Below, one piece after another: positions 28,029-37,830 of a stretch of DNA of 52,257 nucleotides; within the stretch, counting starts at the first letter, position 1; every line of letters starts with the position of its first letter. The stretch comes from an uncultured Bacilli bacterium (GTDB lineage: Bacteria; Bacillota_I; Bacilli_A; RFN20; CAG-826). Location: assembly GCA_944351395.1 (NCBI GenBank), contig CALVPP010000003.1, positions 1 to 52,257 of the forward strand. Reading direction: 5' to 3'. A model generated the notes under the pieces. The model was not told the origin of the DNA. It searched no databases and saw only the letters and a program-made list of their open reading frames with translations. The translations under genes and the position numbers were made by a program.

Positions 28029-28156
28029 ATGTTTAATTATAAAATCTTTCGTAATATTTTTATATATTCAAAGTGTAAGAATATGCAATGATGACCATGT
28101 TTATTACTATTTTTTTACTATTTATCTACTATTACACCTTTTAAGCTTAAATTAGA

Positions 28157-28185
28157 TTGAAAATTATAATATAAAATATCATAAT
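28157..28185 (+). promoter_or_regulatory. Promoter of the DUF523 gene, probable leaderless transcript
   Basis: TTGAAA-17 nt-CATAAT, 6 nt before ATG 28192; no SD. Confidence 0.6.
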
Positions 28186-28191
28186 CATGAT

Positions 28192-28635
28192 ATGAAAAAA
28201 TTACTCATATCACGTTGCTTAATTGGTGATAAATGCCGCTATGATGGATTGAATAAACCACTACCAGCATCCACTTTAGAAGCACTAAAAAAGAAATACG
28301 AACTCATCCCAATTTGCCCTGAGGTAATGGGTGGTCTAACTACTCCTCGAATAGCTAATGAACGAAGAGAAAATAGAGTTATAAGAAAAGATGGAGTAGA
28401 TGTTAGTAAGGCGTTTTATGATGGGGCTAACCAATGCTTAGATATCGCTAAAAAAACGCATGTTGATATTGCTCTTTTAAAGGAAAAGTCTCCTTCTTGT
28501 GGCGTTCATTTTATTTATGATGGTTCTTTTTTAGGACGTTTGATACCTGGAGAAGGCGTCTTTAAAGAACTCTTAAGAGAAAAAACTGATATTAAAATTT
28601 ATAGCGAAGAAGAAATTGATCAATTGTTAAAATAG
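28192..28635 (+). CDS. DUF523 / 2-thiouracil desulfurase (TudS)-family Fe-S protein
   Basis: SRCLIGDKCRYDG, PICPEVMGGL.TPR, LKEKSPSCG. Confidence 0.92.
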   Translation: MKKLLISRCLIGDKCRYDGLNKPLPASTLEALKKKYELIPICPEVMGGLTTPRIANERRENRVIRKDGVDVSKAFYDGANQCLDIAKKTHVDIALLKEKSPSCGVHFIYDGSFLGRLIPGEGVFKELLREKTDIKIYSEEEIDQLLK

Positions 28636-28646
28636 AAAATTAAATT

Positions 28647-28675
28647 AATAAAGGACCATTAGGTCCTTTATTTTT
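28647..28675. terminator. Bidirectional terminator between DUF523 and M42 peptidase
   Basis: AATAAAGGACC-atta-GGTCCTTTATT between convergent genes. Confidence 0.85.
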
Positions 28676-28699
28676 GAAAATAACAATAGTTAGAAAGGA

Positions 28700-29779
28700 T
28701 TAACGTTCACGTAATTTTTTAAGCGTTTCGTTATCGATAGCTTTCACTACTTCTACCATGAGATTAACAGCGTTTACATAGTCTTCATAATTGATTAATG
28801 AGACATGTGAATGGAAATAACGACATGGTAAGGAAATAGTCATCGTGATGATACCATCGTAATTTAGATGGATATTGCCAGCATCTGTGCCGCCAGCTTC
28901 CATGAGGTCGTAAGTATATTTAATGTTATGCTTTTTAGCAATCTTTTCGACAAAGTCGAATAAGCCGCGATGAGCGATGACGCTTCTATCCATGATTGAC
29001 AATGCGACACCACTACCAAGTTTCGTAGGATTATTGGGTGAATTAGGTAAATCGTAACTTAAAGTGACGTCAGTTGCAAAAGCGATGTCAGGGTGGACGT
29101 GATAACTTGCTGTTTTAGCACCGCGTAAACCAACTTCTTCTTGCACAGTTCCAGCCACTACTAAATTAGCTTTATGATTTACACCTTTTAGGGCTTTCAT
29201 CGTCTCCATCGCAATAGCGAGACCACTACGATCATCCCAAGCTTTGCCTAATAAAGTTTCTCCATCATTCATGACGCGGAATTCAGTATATGGGGTAACT
29301 GTATCGCCAACTTGAATACCTAAATCTAAGATCATTTTTTTATCTTTGACACCCATGTCGAGATATAAATCACTAGTCGCTAAGACTTTCGCACGTTGCT
29401 CAGCACTCAAGCCATGTGGAGGTTGGGCACCGATAACACCTTTATATTCTTTACCATCACGCGTCTTTACGGTCATGATCTCAGCGAGAACGACATGATT
29501 CCACCATCCTCCGATAGGAGCGAGGCGTAATAGACCACTATCTTCGATACGCGAGACGAGAAAACCAACCTCATCCATATGGCCACAGATGAGAACGGTA
29601 GGTTCCCCTTCTTCGCCTTTTTTATAGGCTATGATAGAGCCCAAATTATCATATTCAAAGTGATCAGCGACATCACTTAACTCGCGCTTTACGAGTTTTG
29701 CTACTTCATTTTCGGCACCGCTTATGCCGTCGACTTCTGAGATGTTTTTAAGAAAATTTAATCTTTCTTCGCGATTCAT
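28700..29779 (-). CDS. M42-family aminopeptidase
   Basis: GHMDEVG, KAWDDR, QEEVGLRGA, GGTDAG, RYFHS. Confidence 0.95.
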   Translation of the reverse strand: MNREERLNFLKNISEVDGISGAENEVAKLVKRELSDVADHFEYDNLGSIIAYKKGEEGEPTVLICGHMDEVGFLVSRIEDSGLLRLAPIGGWWNHVVLAEIMTVKTRDGKEYKGVIGAQPPHGLSAEQRAKVLATSDLYLDMGVKDKKMILDLGIQVGDTVTPYTEFRVMNDGETLLGKAWDDRSGLAIAMETMKALKGVNHKANLVVAGTVQEEVGLRGAKTASYHVHPDIAFATDVTLSYDLPNSPNNPTKLGSGVALSIMDRSVIAHRGLFDFVEKIAKKHNIKYTYDLMEAGGTDAGNIHLNYDGIITMTISLPCRYFHSHVSLINYEDYVNAVNLMVEVVKAIDNETLKKLRER

Positions 29780-29800
29780 AAATAAAACCTCTACTTTCTC

Positions 29801-30289
29801 TTAATAGCCATTCTCCTGTCGCTCATAATTAATTTTGAGCTTTTTAAGATAGGCTTCTTCAATTTCTTCTTCGCTCAACGAGAGCATCTTTCCAAGAGTT
29901 AGAAATTCTTGGAATGCTCTAATATATAACTTATCAAAAGGATTTGCAACGAATATAGTAAAGGAATTGTAAGTAGCGACAAAGGCGTCAGTTAAAGTTT
30001 GATAACTCTCTTGACCTTCGCCGCGTAAGAAACTCGTCTTAATGATATTGCCGATGCTAAGTAAGAAATGTAGACCATCCGCATATTCATCAAGTATTCT
30101 TTCCTTCGGGCTCATTCCTTTAGAAGACCAATATTTGAAACAACGTGTCTCGTTAGCGAGTTCTCCGAGTTCGACAAGAAAAGCTAAACATCTTTCTTCT
30201 AGCGTTTCTTCGACTCCAATTCCTCGTTTGGAAGCAATAGTCATGTCAAGTTGACTTTGTTTTTTATAAAGTTCGCTTAGTTCAATCAT
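29801..30289 (-). CDS. Dimeric all-alpha dUTPase (dUTPase_2 family)
   Basis: VELGELANETRCFKYWS, ILDEYADGLHF, KINYERQ. Confidence 0.92.
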   Translation of the reverse strand: MIELSELYKKQSQLDMTIASKRGIGVEETLEERCLAFLVELGELANETRCFKYWSSKGMSPKERILDEYADGLHFLLSIGNIIKTSFLRGEGQESYQTLTDAFVATYNSFTIFVANPFDKLYIRAFQEFLTLGKMLSLSEEEIEEAYLKKLKINYERQENGY

Positions 30290-32726
30290 CGAATTCTTTA
30301 AATGTTTTGAAGGAAGTGATCTTCTTCATCTTCCAGATATCTTTATTATATTGTTCGATCGTGCGATCAGAACTGAAGAATCCAGAACCAGCGATGTTGT
30401 AGATGCACATCTTCGCCCATTTCTCCTTATCTTCGTATAATTTTTCAATTTCTTCTTGTGCTTTGACGTAACTATCAAAATCGAGCAAATTCATGAATTC
30501 ATCATTACGATTCATAATTTCTTCGAAAATTTGACGGAATTTGTTCGGATCATCTTCCGCCCAAGGACCAGTGAACAATGAATCGATAATATTTTTGACA
30601 CGAACATCATTGTTGTAGACGCCCCATGGATTATAAGCACCACGGAATTTGATATCTTCAACTTCTTCTTCTTTAAGACCGAAGATGACATTATTACCTT
30701 TTCCTGCTCTTTCAGCGATGTCGATATTTGCACCATCTAGAGTTCCTAAGGTAATAGCTCCATTCATCATAAATTTCATGTTGGAAGTACCGCTAGCTTC
30801 TTTGCCTGCTAAAGAAATTTGTTCACTTACGTCAGCAGCAGGAATCGTAATTTCCGCTAAAGAGACGCTATAATTTTCTAAGAAAATAACTTTGATGAAT
30901 TTAGAAACATAAGGATCTTCGTCGATGACTTTAGCCACGGCTAAGATGAGTTCTATAATCTTTTTAGCGTATTCATAACTCGGTGCAGCTTTTGCTCCGA
31001 AGATGAAAGTGCGTGGATGAATCTTGAAATTTGGATCATTTTTCAATCTTTGATAGAGATACATGATGTGGAATACATTCATGAGTTGACGTTTATAAGC
31101 GTGTAAACGCTTAATTTGGACGTCGAATATTGAATCTGGATCGACTTTTAAATTGAAACGTTTATAGTAAGATTCGATATATTTGATGAACTTCTCTTTG
31201 TTTTGACGCTTAATTTTCATAAGATGTGTTTGAACATCTTTATCGTCAGCAAATTGAGCAAATTCTTTTATATCTTCCATATGGCGAATCCAATTATCAC
31301 CAATTTTAGAAGTAATCAATTTCGCTAATTGAGGGTTGGAATAAAGGAGCCAACGACGATGAGTGACACCATTGGTCTTATTATTAAATTTCTTAGGATA
31401 TAATTCATAAAATTCCTTGAATGTATTTTTCTTAAGAATTTCTGTATGCAATGGAGCAACACCATTGACGGAGAAGCAAGCGTAAAGAGCAATATTTGCC
31501 ATGTAGATAAGCCCGTCTTTAATGATGACCATCGCACGTTTTTTGTCTTCAGGAACGTTCTTTTCATTCATCTCTAAGATGAAGCGACGATTAATTTCTT
31601 CGATAATCATGAAAATACGTGGGAATAATTTTTGTACGTAGTGAATTGGCCACTTTTCTAACGCTTCTGGCATGATTGTATGCGAAGTGAAAGCGATACA
31701 TTTTTTCACTTGTTCCCATGCTTCATCCCAACCAAAACCATATTCATCCATGAGAAGACGCATCATCTCAGGAATAGCCAAAATTGGATGGGTATCATTT
31801 AATTGGAACACGTAATAATCGCTGAAGTCTTTAAGAGTTTTATATCGACCAATATGACCTCTCATCGCGGATTGTAAGCCAGCACTGACGAGGAAATATT
31901 GTTGTCTTAGTCTTAAAATTCTACCTTCTTCTGTCGAATCATCAGGATAAAGACCGTGGCAAAGTTCTTTTAATGTACTAAGATAATCTGAGAAAGATTG
32001 ATTAGTAGGTAAATTATTTTCACTTGGTTCTGCCGACCATAATCTTAATGTATTAGCGACACCATTGCGGTAACCGACGATAGATACGTCATATGGAACT
32101 GCCTTGACGCACACTGCATTGACCGTACGGGAAGCATATTCACCATTGGGTTTAAGATAAGTTTCGGCATTGCCGTAAAACTTTACTTCCACTGCATGTT
32201 TTGGTTTTCTTACTTCCCAAACATAACCATTTGTTAGCCAAACATCAGGGAGTTCAACTTGTTTACCATCAGTCAATTTTTGTTTGAAGAAACCATATTC
32301 ATAACGAATGCAGTTTCCATGGCCTGGATAACCTAGAGTCGCTATTGAATCCATGAAGCAAGCTGCTAAGCGTCCTAAACCACCATTCCCTAAGCCGGCG
32401 TCAGATTCTTGATCTTCTAATTCATTGATATCGATGCCAAGATCGTGCAAACCTTCCTTTACGACAGAATAAATGCCGAGATTCATCAAATTATTGACGA
32501 GTAGACGACCGATTAAAAATTCCATCGAAAAATAGATGAGTTGCTTAGGCTTATTAGCTAATATCGCTTCCCTTGTCGAACGCCAGTTGTAACCTGCATA
32601 ATCTCTTACCATTTCACCGAGGATATTGTATCTTTCGGTAATGTGTGAGTCAGCGACACCTTTACCATATTTTTCGCTGAGTCGACGTTCGAATTCTTGT
32701 TTAAATTCTAGTTTGTTGCTAAACAT
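30282..32726 (-). CDS. glgP: Glycogen/alpha-glucan phosphorylase
   Basis: SMEFLIGR, GNGGLGRLAAC, QLNDTHP, KRLHAYKRQ, PLP site EASGTSNMKF. Confidence 0.97.
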   Translation of the reverse strand: MFSNKLEFKQEFERRLSEKYGKGVADSHITERYNILGEMVRDYAGYNWRSTREAILANKPKQLIYFSMEFLIGRLLVNNLMNLGIYSVVKEGLHDLGIDINELEDQESDAGLGNGGLGRLAACFMDSIATLGYPGHGNCIRYEYGFFKQKLTDGKQVELPDVWLTNGYVWEVRKPKHAVEVKFYGNAETYLKPNGEYASRTVNAVCVKAVPYDVSIVGYRNGVANTLRLWSAEPSENNLPTNQSFSDYLSTLKELCHGLYPDDSTEEGRILRLRQQYFLVSAGLQSAMRGHIGRYKTLKDFSDYYVFQLNDTHPILAIPEMMRLLMDEYGFGWDEAWEQVKKCIAFTSHTIMPEALEKWPIHYVQKLFPRIFMIIEEINRRFILEMNEKNVPEDKKRAMVIIKDGLIYMANIALYACFSVNGVAPLHTEILKKNTFKEFYELYPKKFNNKTNGVTHRRWLLYSNPQLAKLITSKIGDNWIRHMEDIKEFAQFADDKDVQTHLMKIKRQNKEKFIKYIESYYKRFNLKVDPDSIFDVQIKRLHAYKRQLMNVFHIMYLYQRLKNDPNFKIHPRTFIFGAKAAPSYEYAKKIIELILAVAKVIDEDPYVSKFIKVIFLENYSVSLAEITIPAADVSEQISLAGKEASGTSNMKFMMNGAITLGTLDGANIDIAERAGKGNNVIFGLKEEEVEDIKFRGAYNPWGVYNNDVRVKNIIDSLFTGPWAEDDPNKFRQIFEEIMNRNDEFMNLLDFDSYVKAQEEIEKLYEDKEKWAKMCIYNIAGSGFFSSDRTIEQYNKDIWKMKKITSFKTFKEFDD

Positions 32727-32749
32727 GTGTTGTTCCTTTCTTCATTACA

Positions 32750-34642
32750 TCATTTAATTTTTTTGAAGATACACGCACCAAAAGAAGCGAGCTTAATTGT
32801 CATCTTATGTGGTTTACCTTCTGGACCAAATTCGCTCGAAGTAACTGGTAGGCCATTATACTGGTTATAGCCACCATATACGTCTTTATCCGAATTGAAT
32901 ATTTCTTCATAGACACCTTCTTCCATGAGAGGAATATCGTAATATTCATAATATACTGGCGTCATATTGAAGACGAAGACGAGCAATGAATCACCGACTT
33001 TCCTTTGGAAAGCAAAAACGCTTTGGTCGTGATTATCGACCATGAGCCATTGAAAATGGAAAGGATTATATTCCTCGAAATGCATCGCTGATTCATAACG
33101 ATAGATGAGATTTAAATCTCTCACTAAACGAACTACGGAATCATGTTTTGGGAAAGTTCTAAGATTCCAAGGTAGAGATTTGTTCTCATTCCATTCATCA
33201 AAACTGGCAAGTTCATTACCCATGAAATTCAATTTCTTACCTGGATGAGCGAATTGATATGTGTAAAGATTACGTAATTGGGCAAACTTATCGTCATAAT
33301 TGCCATAAATCTTATTGATGATCGTTCCTTTGCCGTGTACGACTTCGTCGTGACTTAAAGGCAAAAGGAAATTATCACTGTAGAAATAAGCCATGGAAAA
33401 AGTGAGCGTATTGTGCTCATACTTACGATAAATCGGATCTTTTGAATAATACTTTAACGTATCGTTCATCCAACCTAAATCCCACTTGTAATCGAAACCT
33501 AGACCACCAGACCAAGTCGATTTCGTGACATTAGGGAAATCAGTACTATCTTCTGCAATCATCATGACACTATCGTGACGGTCGTGAATGCGGCCATTAA
33601 GTCTCTTTAAAAATTCGATAGCTTCTTCATTGCGTCCTAAACCTTTATTTCCTTGGTAATACACCATATTCGAAACAGCATCGATTCTAATGCCATCGAA
33701 ATGAAAAACTTCGAGGAAATAATTCATTGCAGACATGAGGAAGGAGCGAACCGGATCTTTACCTAAATTAAATTGACAAGAACCCCATTGTGAATAGCGT
33801 CTATCATCGCTATATTCGAAAAGACAAGTGCCATCATATTCTGCTAATGCCCAACTATCAGTAGCGAAATGAACGGGAGCGAAATCTAAGATGACACCAA
33901 TGTTTGCTTGATGGAGTCTATCGATGAAGGACATGAGTTGCATCGGATTGCCATAACGTGAATCTGCTGAATAAAAGCCAGTGCCTTGATAACCCCAACT
34001 ACCCTCAAATGGATATTGAGTGACAGGCATGATTTCAATATGGGTGTATCCTAAATCACGTAGATAAGGGATTAAATCATCAGCAATTTCTTCATAAGAT
34101 CTATAACGACCATCCACTTTACCATTCCATGAACCAAGATGCATCTCATAAATTGACATCGGAGCATCAAAACAGCGTGAACGATTCTTTAACCAAGCAT
34201 CGTCATGCCAAATGAAATTGCGGTAATCGAACAAGCGCGAACATGTGCCTGGACGTAATTCGCTAAAGAAAGCGAATGGGTCAGCTTTATCGACATATTG
34301 TCCGTGTGCATTCTTAAAATGGAATTTGTAGGATTGATAATTTTCTAAACGTGGAATAAATACTTCCCAAACGCCACTATCGTCGATACGATTCATTTTA
34401 TGAATAGTTGGGTCCCAATTATTCCATTCGCCGATGACGCTCACATCGCTTGCCATTGGAGCGTATAATCTGAAGATGACACCTTTTAAAACTGCATCTT
34501 TTTTAATCGTACGCGGTCGGCCATTTTTTTGTTGGATGACGTGAACTTCAGTTACAGCGCGTTCTTCGAAATGAGCTCCAAAATAATGGTATGCATCAAT
34601 CGTTTGTCCCATGAGGAAATCATAAAGTAATCCATATGCCAT
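32750..34642 (-). CDS. glgB: 1,4-alpha-glucan branching enzyme
   Basis: IYEMHLGSW, SWGYQ, DGIRIDAV, IAEDST, KWDLGWMND, LSHDEVVHGK, HPGKKLNFMG. Confidence 0.97.
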   Translation of the reverse strand: MAYGLLYDFLMGQTIDAYHYFGAHFEERAVTEVHVIQQKNGRPRTIKKDAVLKGVIFRLYAPMASDVSVIGEWNNWDPTIHKMNRIDDSGVWEVFIPRLENYQSYKFHFKNAHGQYVDKADPFAFFSELRPGTCSRLFDYRNFIWHDDAWLKNRSRCFDAPMSIYEMHLGSWNGKVDGRYRSYEEIADDLIPYLRDLGYTHIEIMPVTQYPFEGSWGYQGTGFYSADSRYGNPMQLMSFIDRLHQANIGVILDFAPVHFATDSWALAEYDGTCLFEYSDDRRYSQWGSCQFNLGKDPVRSFLMSAMNYFLEVFHFDGIRIDAVSNMVYYQGNKGLGRNEEAIEFLKRLNGRIHDRHDSVMMIAEDSTDFPNVTKSTWSGGLGFDYKWDLGWMNDTLKYYSKDPIYRKYEHNTLTFSMAYFYSDNFLLPLSHDEVVHGKGTIINKIYGNYDDKFAQLRNLYTYQFAHPGKKLNFMGNELASFDEWNENKSLPWNLRTFPKHDSVVRLVRDLNLIYRYESAMHFEEYNPFHFQWLMVDNHDQSVFAFQRKVGDSLLVFVFNMTPVYYEYYDIPLMEEGVYEEIFNSDKDVYGGYNQYNGLPVTSSEFGPEGKPHKMTIKLASFGACIFKKIK

Positions 34643-34774
34643 AAATGTAAATCCTTCTTTTTAATGTAGCCTGTGTGCATACATCCACGTTGCATTTTAT
34701 CATTTATTAAATGCTATGTCATTGCAAAATTTATATCTTATTTAAAAATATTAAATAGATTACGTTTTTCTTAA

Positions 34775-35560
34775 CTAATAGGAGTGATAGCCATTTAAAT
34801 CTAAAGTTACTTTCTCAAAGTTCAATTCTTTTAAATTTCGCAATAAATCTTCATCTTGTACAATCTTTGAAAAATATTTTTTTAGAGTTTCAATTCTTAA
34901 AGTTCCATCTTCACACCTAGCACGAACGAAGCAAATTCCTGCCTCTTTTAATAATCGTTCCGCTTCTGCAACTTTCTTCATTTGGTTAACATCAAGTTTA
35001 GTTCCATAAGGAAACCGCGTCGCAAGACATGTATTCGATGGTTTGTCATATTGTGTAATTCCTACATTTTTAGCTAATTCAATTATTTCTTTTTTGCGAA
35101 AACCTAGTTCCATGAGAGGGCTTAAAATGTCAAGTTCCTTGACTGCTCGCATGCCTGGTCTATTTTGGCTTAAAGAATCGTCGTAGTTTTGACCATCTAA
35201 AACATATGGAATTTGGTTTAATTTGGCTCTAACTACTATTCTATTCATCATCATTCTTTTACATTTATAACAACGGTTTTTGCTATTAGTAGATATTTCT
35301 TCGTCATCCAATGGATTAAAGGTCACGACATCATAATTGATTTTATTATTTTTTAAATAAGAAATTGCTTCTTCAAATTCGTAAGGATCGAATAAAACAC
35401 TATGAGCGATGATAGCTAAAACATTATCACTACCTAAAACTTCTTCTGCTCTATTCAATAAAAATAGAGAATCAATACCTCCAGAATACGCAATAGCGAC
35501 TTTTCCTAGTTTAGACAAATAATTGTCTAGTATGGCCAATTTATCTTTTTTTACTTGCAT
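34775..35560 (-). CDS. larE: NPN cofactor sulfur transferase LarE (tri-Cys type)
   Basis: PP-loop AYSGGIDS, RCYKCK, RPGMRA, SPL, TCLATRFPYG, VTLDLNGY; start re-assigned to ATG 35560, overlapping the larB stop. Confidence 0.93.
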   Translation of the reverse strand: MQVKKDKLAILDNYLSKLGKVAIAYSGGIDSLFLLNRAEEVLGSDNVLAIIAHSVLFDPYEFEEAISYLKNNKINYDVVTFNPLDDEEISTNSKNRCYKCKRMMMNRIVVRAKLNQIPYVLDGQNYDDSLSQNRPGMRAVKELDILSPLMELGFRKKEIIELAKNVGITQYDKPSNTCLATRFPYGTKLDVNQMKKVAEAERLLKEAGICFVRARCEDGTLRIETLKKYFSKIVQDEDLLRNLKELNFEKVTLDLNGYHSY

Positions 35561-36294
35561 GCGAGTGTGTTTATTTGATGAGCGACATAACCCGCTCCAA
35601 AGCCATTGTCTATATTGACGCATGTAACGCCATTTGAGCAAGAATTTAACATAGTCAACAAAGCACTTAATCCTTCAAAATTACTACCATAACCAACTGA
35701 TGTAGGACAAGCGATGACAGGCACTTTTACTAAACCTGCTACTACGCTTGCCAAAGCACCTTCCATACCAGCGACGCATATGATAACGTTCGCTTTCTTA
35801 AGTGTTTCTTCAAAAGCGAGAAGACGATGAATGCCACTAACACCAACATCATATATTTTTTCTACAAATGAACCTAAAAAAGTAGCAGTTTCATACGCTT
35901 CATCCGCTACTTTAATATCAGCAGTACCAGCGCTCATGACGATGATGTGTCCTTTTAATTCCTTCTTTTTTGCTACTTTTAAAATGCGGGAAGTCTCATC
36001 ATATGTAGCAGATGGAATAACTTCTTTTACTTTTTGGAATTGTAGTTCATTTGCTCTCGTCCCCAAAACCTCGCCGTTCTGTTCATAAAGGTATGAAAAA
36101 ATTTTCTTAACTTTATCAGCGTCTTTATTTTCACAATAGACAATTTCATTTGCTCCAGTCCTGTTTTTTCTATCATCGTCAATTTTAGCAAAACCCATAT
36201 CGAAAAAGTTTATCGACTTAATGCACGTTATAGCGTCTATAAGGCTTAATTTACCATTTTTATATTCGTTTAAAATATCTTCAATCTTCTTCAT
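35551..36294 (-). CDS. larB: NPN cofactor biosynthesis carboxylase/hydrolase LarB
   Basis: AGTAD, DVGVSGIHRL, VAGMEGALASV, PTSVGYG, LNSC, VNIDNGFGA. Confidence 0.96.
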   Translation of the reverse strand: MKKIEDILNEYKNGKLSLIDAITCIKSINFFDMGFAKIDDDRKNRTGANEIVYCENKDADKVKKIFSYLYEQNGEVLGTRANELQFQKVKEVIPSATYDETSRILKVAKKKELKGHIIVMSAGTADIKVADEAYETATFLGSFVEKIYDVGVSGIHRLLAFEETLKKANVIICVAGMEGALASVVAGLVKVPVIACPTSVGYGSNFEGLSALLTMLNSCSNGVTCVNIDNGFGAGYVAHQINTLACK

Positions 36295-37447
36295 AATCTT
36301 TCACCAAATCATATAAGTCTTTTAAGGGTATGTTCTTTTCATCCGACACTTTCTTTAATGACTCAAATTCAGTATAAATTTTATCACCTTTTGGATGATG
36401 AACTTTCTTAAAAAGTAACGGTCCGTATTTTGTTTGGATACTAACTATTTCTCTAGGCAAAATATTGCGATGTTTCACAGTATATCTAATTCCGATTGCA
36501 GTCGTTTGAGTAAAGATGATATCACACATTTTTTCTAAATCTTTTAATTGGGCGATAACGGAGAGTTTATAAGCGGGACGATTTTTCTTCATGTATATGG
36601 GAGTGTAGAAAACATCTAACGCACCTGCTTTAAATAATTTTTCCATAGCAAAGGAAAGAATTTCACCGCTACAGTCATCGATATTCGTCTCTATTTCCAA
36701 GATGTCTTCATCTTTTTCATCTATCTCGCCATAAATTATTCTTAACATATTAGGAATAGATAAATCTTTTAATCCAGCACCATATCCTATTTCTTCAATT
36801 TTAAAAGGAAAGATGGGAATACATTTTTCTACGAGCGAAGCAAGAATTGTCGCCCCAGTAGGAGTAATTAATTCCGTATCAATATCGATGACATTAAATG
36901 CTATTTTATGATTTTTAAAAATTTCTAAAGTTGCTGGCACTGGTACCATCATCTTACCGTGTGCGCATTCTATGTATCCTTTGCCTTCATTAGGAATATT
37001 AGAATAAATGTGGTCTGGGTTAATTTTATCGATTAAAATTGCTGTTCCGACGATGTCGACAATGGAATCAATCGCTCCAACTTCATGAAAATGTACTTCT
37101 TCTAAATTTATGTTATGTACTTTGCTTTCAGCTATTGCAACATTAAGAAACATCTTTTTAGCGAGGTCTTTAACATTAGATGATAAATCGCTATCATCGA
37201 TGATTTGATAGATGTTAGAAAGATGACGATGTTCATGTGAATGATCATTTTCAGTCAAAATTACATTAACATAAGTGCCAAAAATACCATGTTTTTCCGT
37301 CTTTTCTATAGAAATCTTATATCCATTTAAATGTAATTTTCCTAATTCGTTAAGAAAATAAGCATCATCTTTAACAATTTCTAATAAAGCGGCGATAGTC
37401 ATATTTCCGCTTATACCGCTTTGACAATCAAAATATAAAATTTTCAT
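36281..37447 (-). CDS. larC: Nickel insertase LarC (full-length C1+C2)
   Basis: YFDCQSGISG, His patch HSHEHRH, VHFHEVGAIDSIVD, PVPAT, ELITPTGA, ETNIDD, MKKNRP. Confidence 0.96.
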   Translation of the reverse strand: MKILYFDCQSGISGNMTIAALLEIVKDDAYFLNELGKLHLNGYKISIEKTEKHGIFGTYVNVILTENDHSHEHRHLSNIYQIIDDSDLSSNVKDLAKKMFLNVAIAESKVHNINLEEVHFHEVGAIDSIVDIVGTAILIDKINPDHIYSNIPNEGKGYIECAHGKMMVPVPATLEIFKNHKIAFNVIDIDTELITPTGATILASLVEKCIPIFPFKIEEIGYGAGLKDLSIPNMLRIIYGEIDEKDEDILEIETNIDDCSGEILSFAMEKLFKAGALDVFYTPIYMKKNRPAYKLSVIAQLKDLEKMCDIIFTQTTAIGIRYTVKHRNILPREIVSIQTKYGPLLFKKVHHPKGDKIYTEFESLKKVSDEKNIPLKDLYDLVKDYEED

Positions 37448-37454
37448 AATTTCA

Positions 37455-37830
37455 TTAACCTATATTAATTAATTCATAATCTAAACTGCCTACTCCATAC
37501 ATTTCGGCAGTATCGATAATCAAGTGGCCTTTTTCATCTAAGATGTCAACCTTAAAATATTTTGTCCATTCGTGTTCATTCATGAGTACCCAATGTTTCT
37601 TACTATCATCTTTTGCTCCGTCATAAGCGGTATTGCACTCAACAATTGTGCCGTTAACTCGTTCCACGATATTTTTAAAAAAAAGATGGTCGTAGAAAAT
37701 TGTTATTGCCTTTTTCCCATGAATGTACCTTAACTGCGACATTACCTTTCAATGGTTTATTGAAATAATCATAAAGTTTAACTAATGTCGACTCATCGAT
37801 TTTACTACTAAAATAAACCTTGCCAGCCAC
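37455..37830 (-). pseudogene. Disrupted DUF362-family gene heading the lar operon
   Basis: RBS GGAGG plus GTG 37830 gives MAGKVYFS...GNVAVKVHSWEKGNNNFLRPSFF-stop; removing one T from the T8 run (37677-37684) joins KNIVERVNGTIVECNTAY...DILDE and a C-terminal-type GVGSLDYELINI; repaired length is only 124 aa. Confidence 0.8.

Noticed and set aside
34660-34700. Imperfect hairpin upstream of glgB as a possible riboswitch
   Set aside because: Pairs mainly on the non-coding strand via G-U and matches no aptamer consensus I recognise
35561-35641. Extended larE N-terminus (and similar extensions of uvrC, rnhC, lspA and the 49490 ORF)
   Set aside because: Longest-ORF artefacts; downstream ATGs have better coupling, RBS or promoter context
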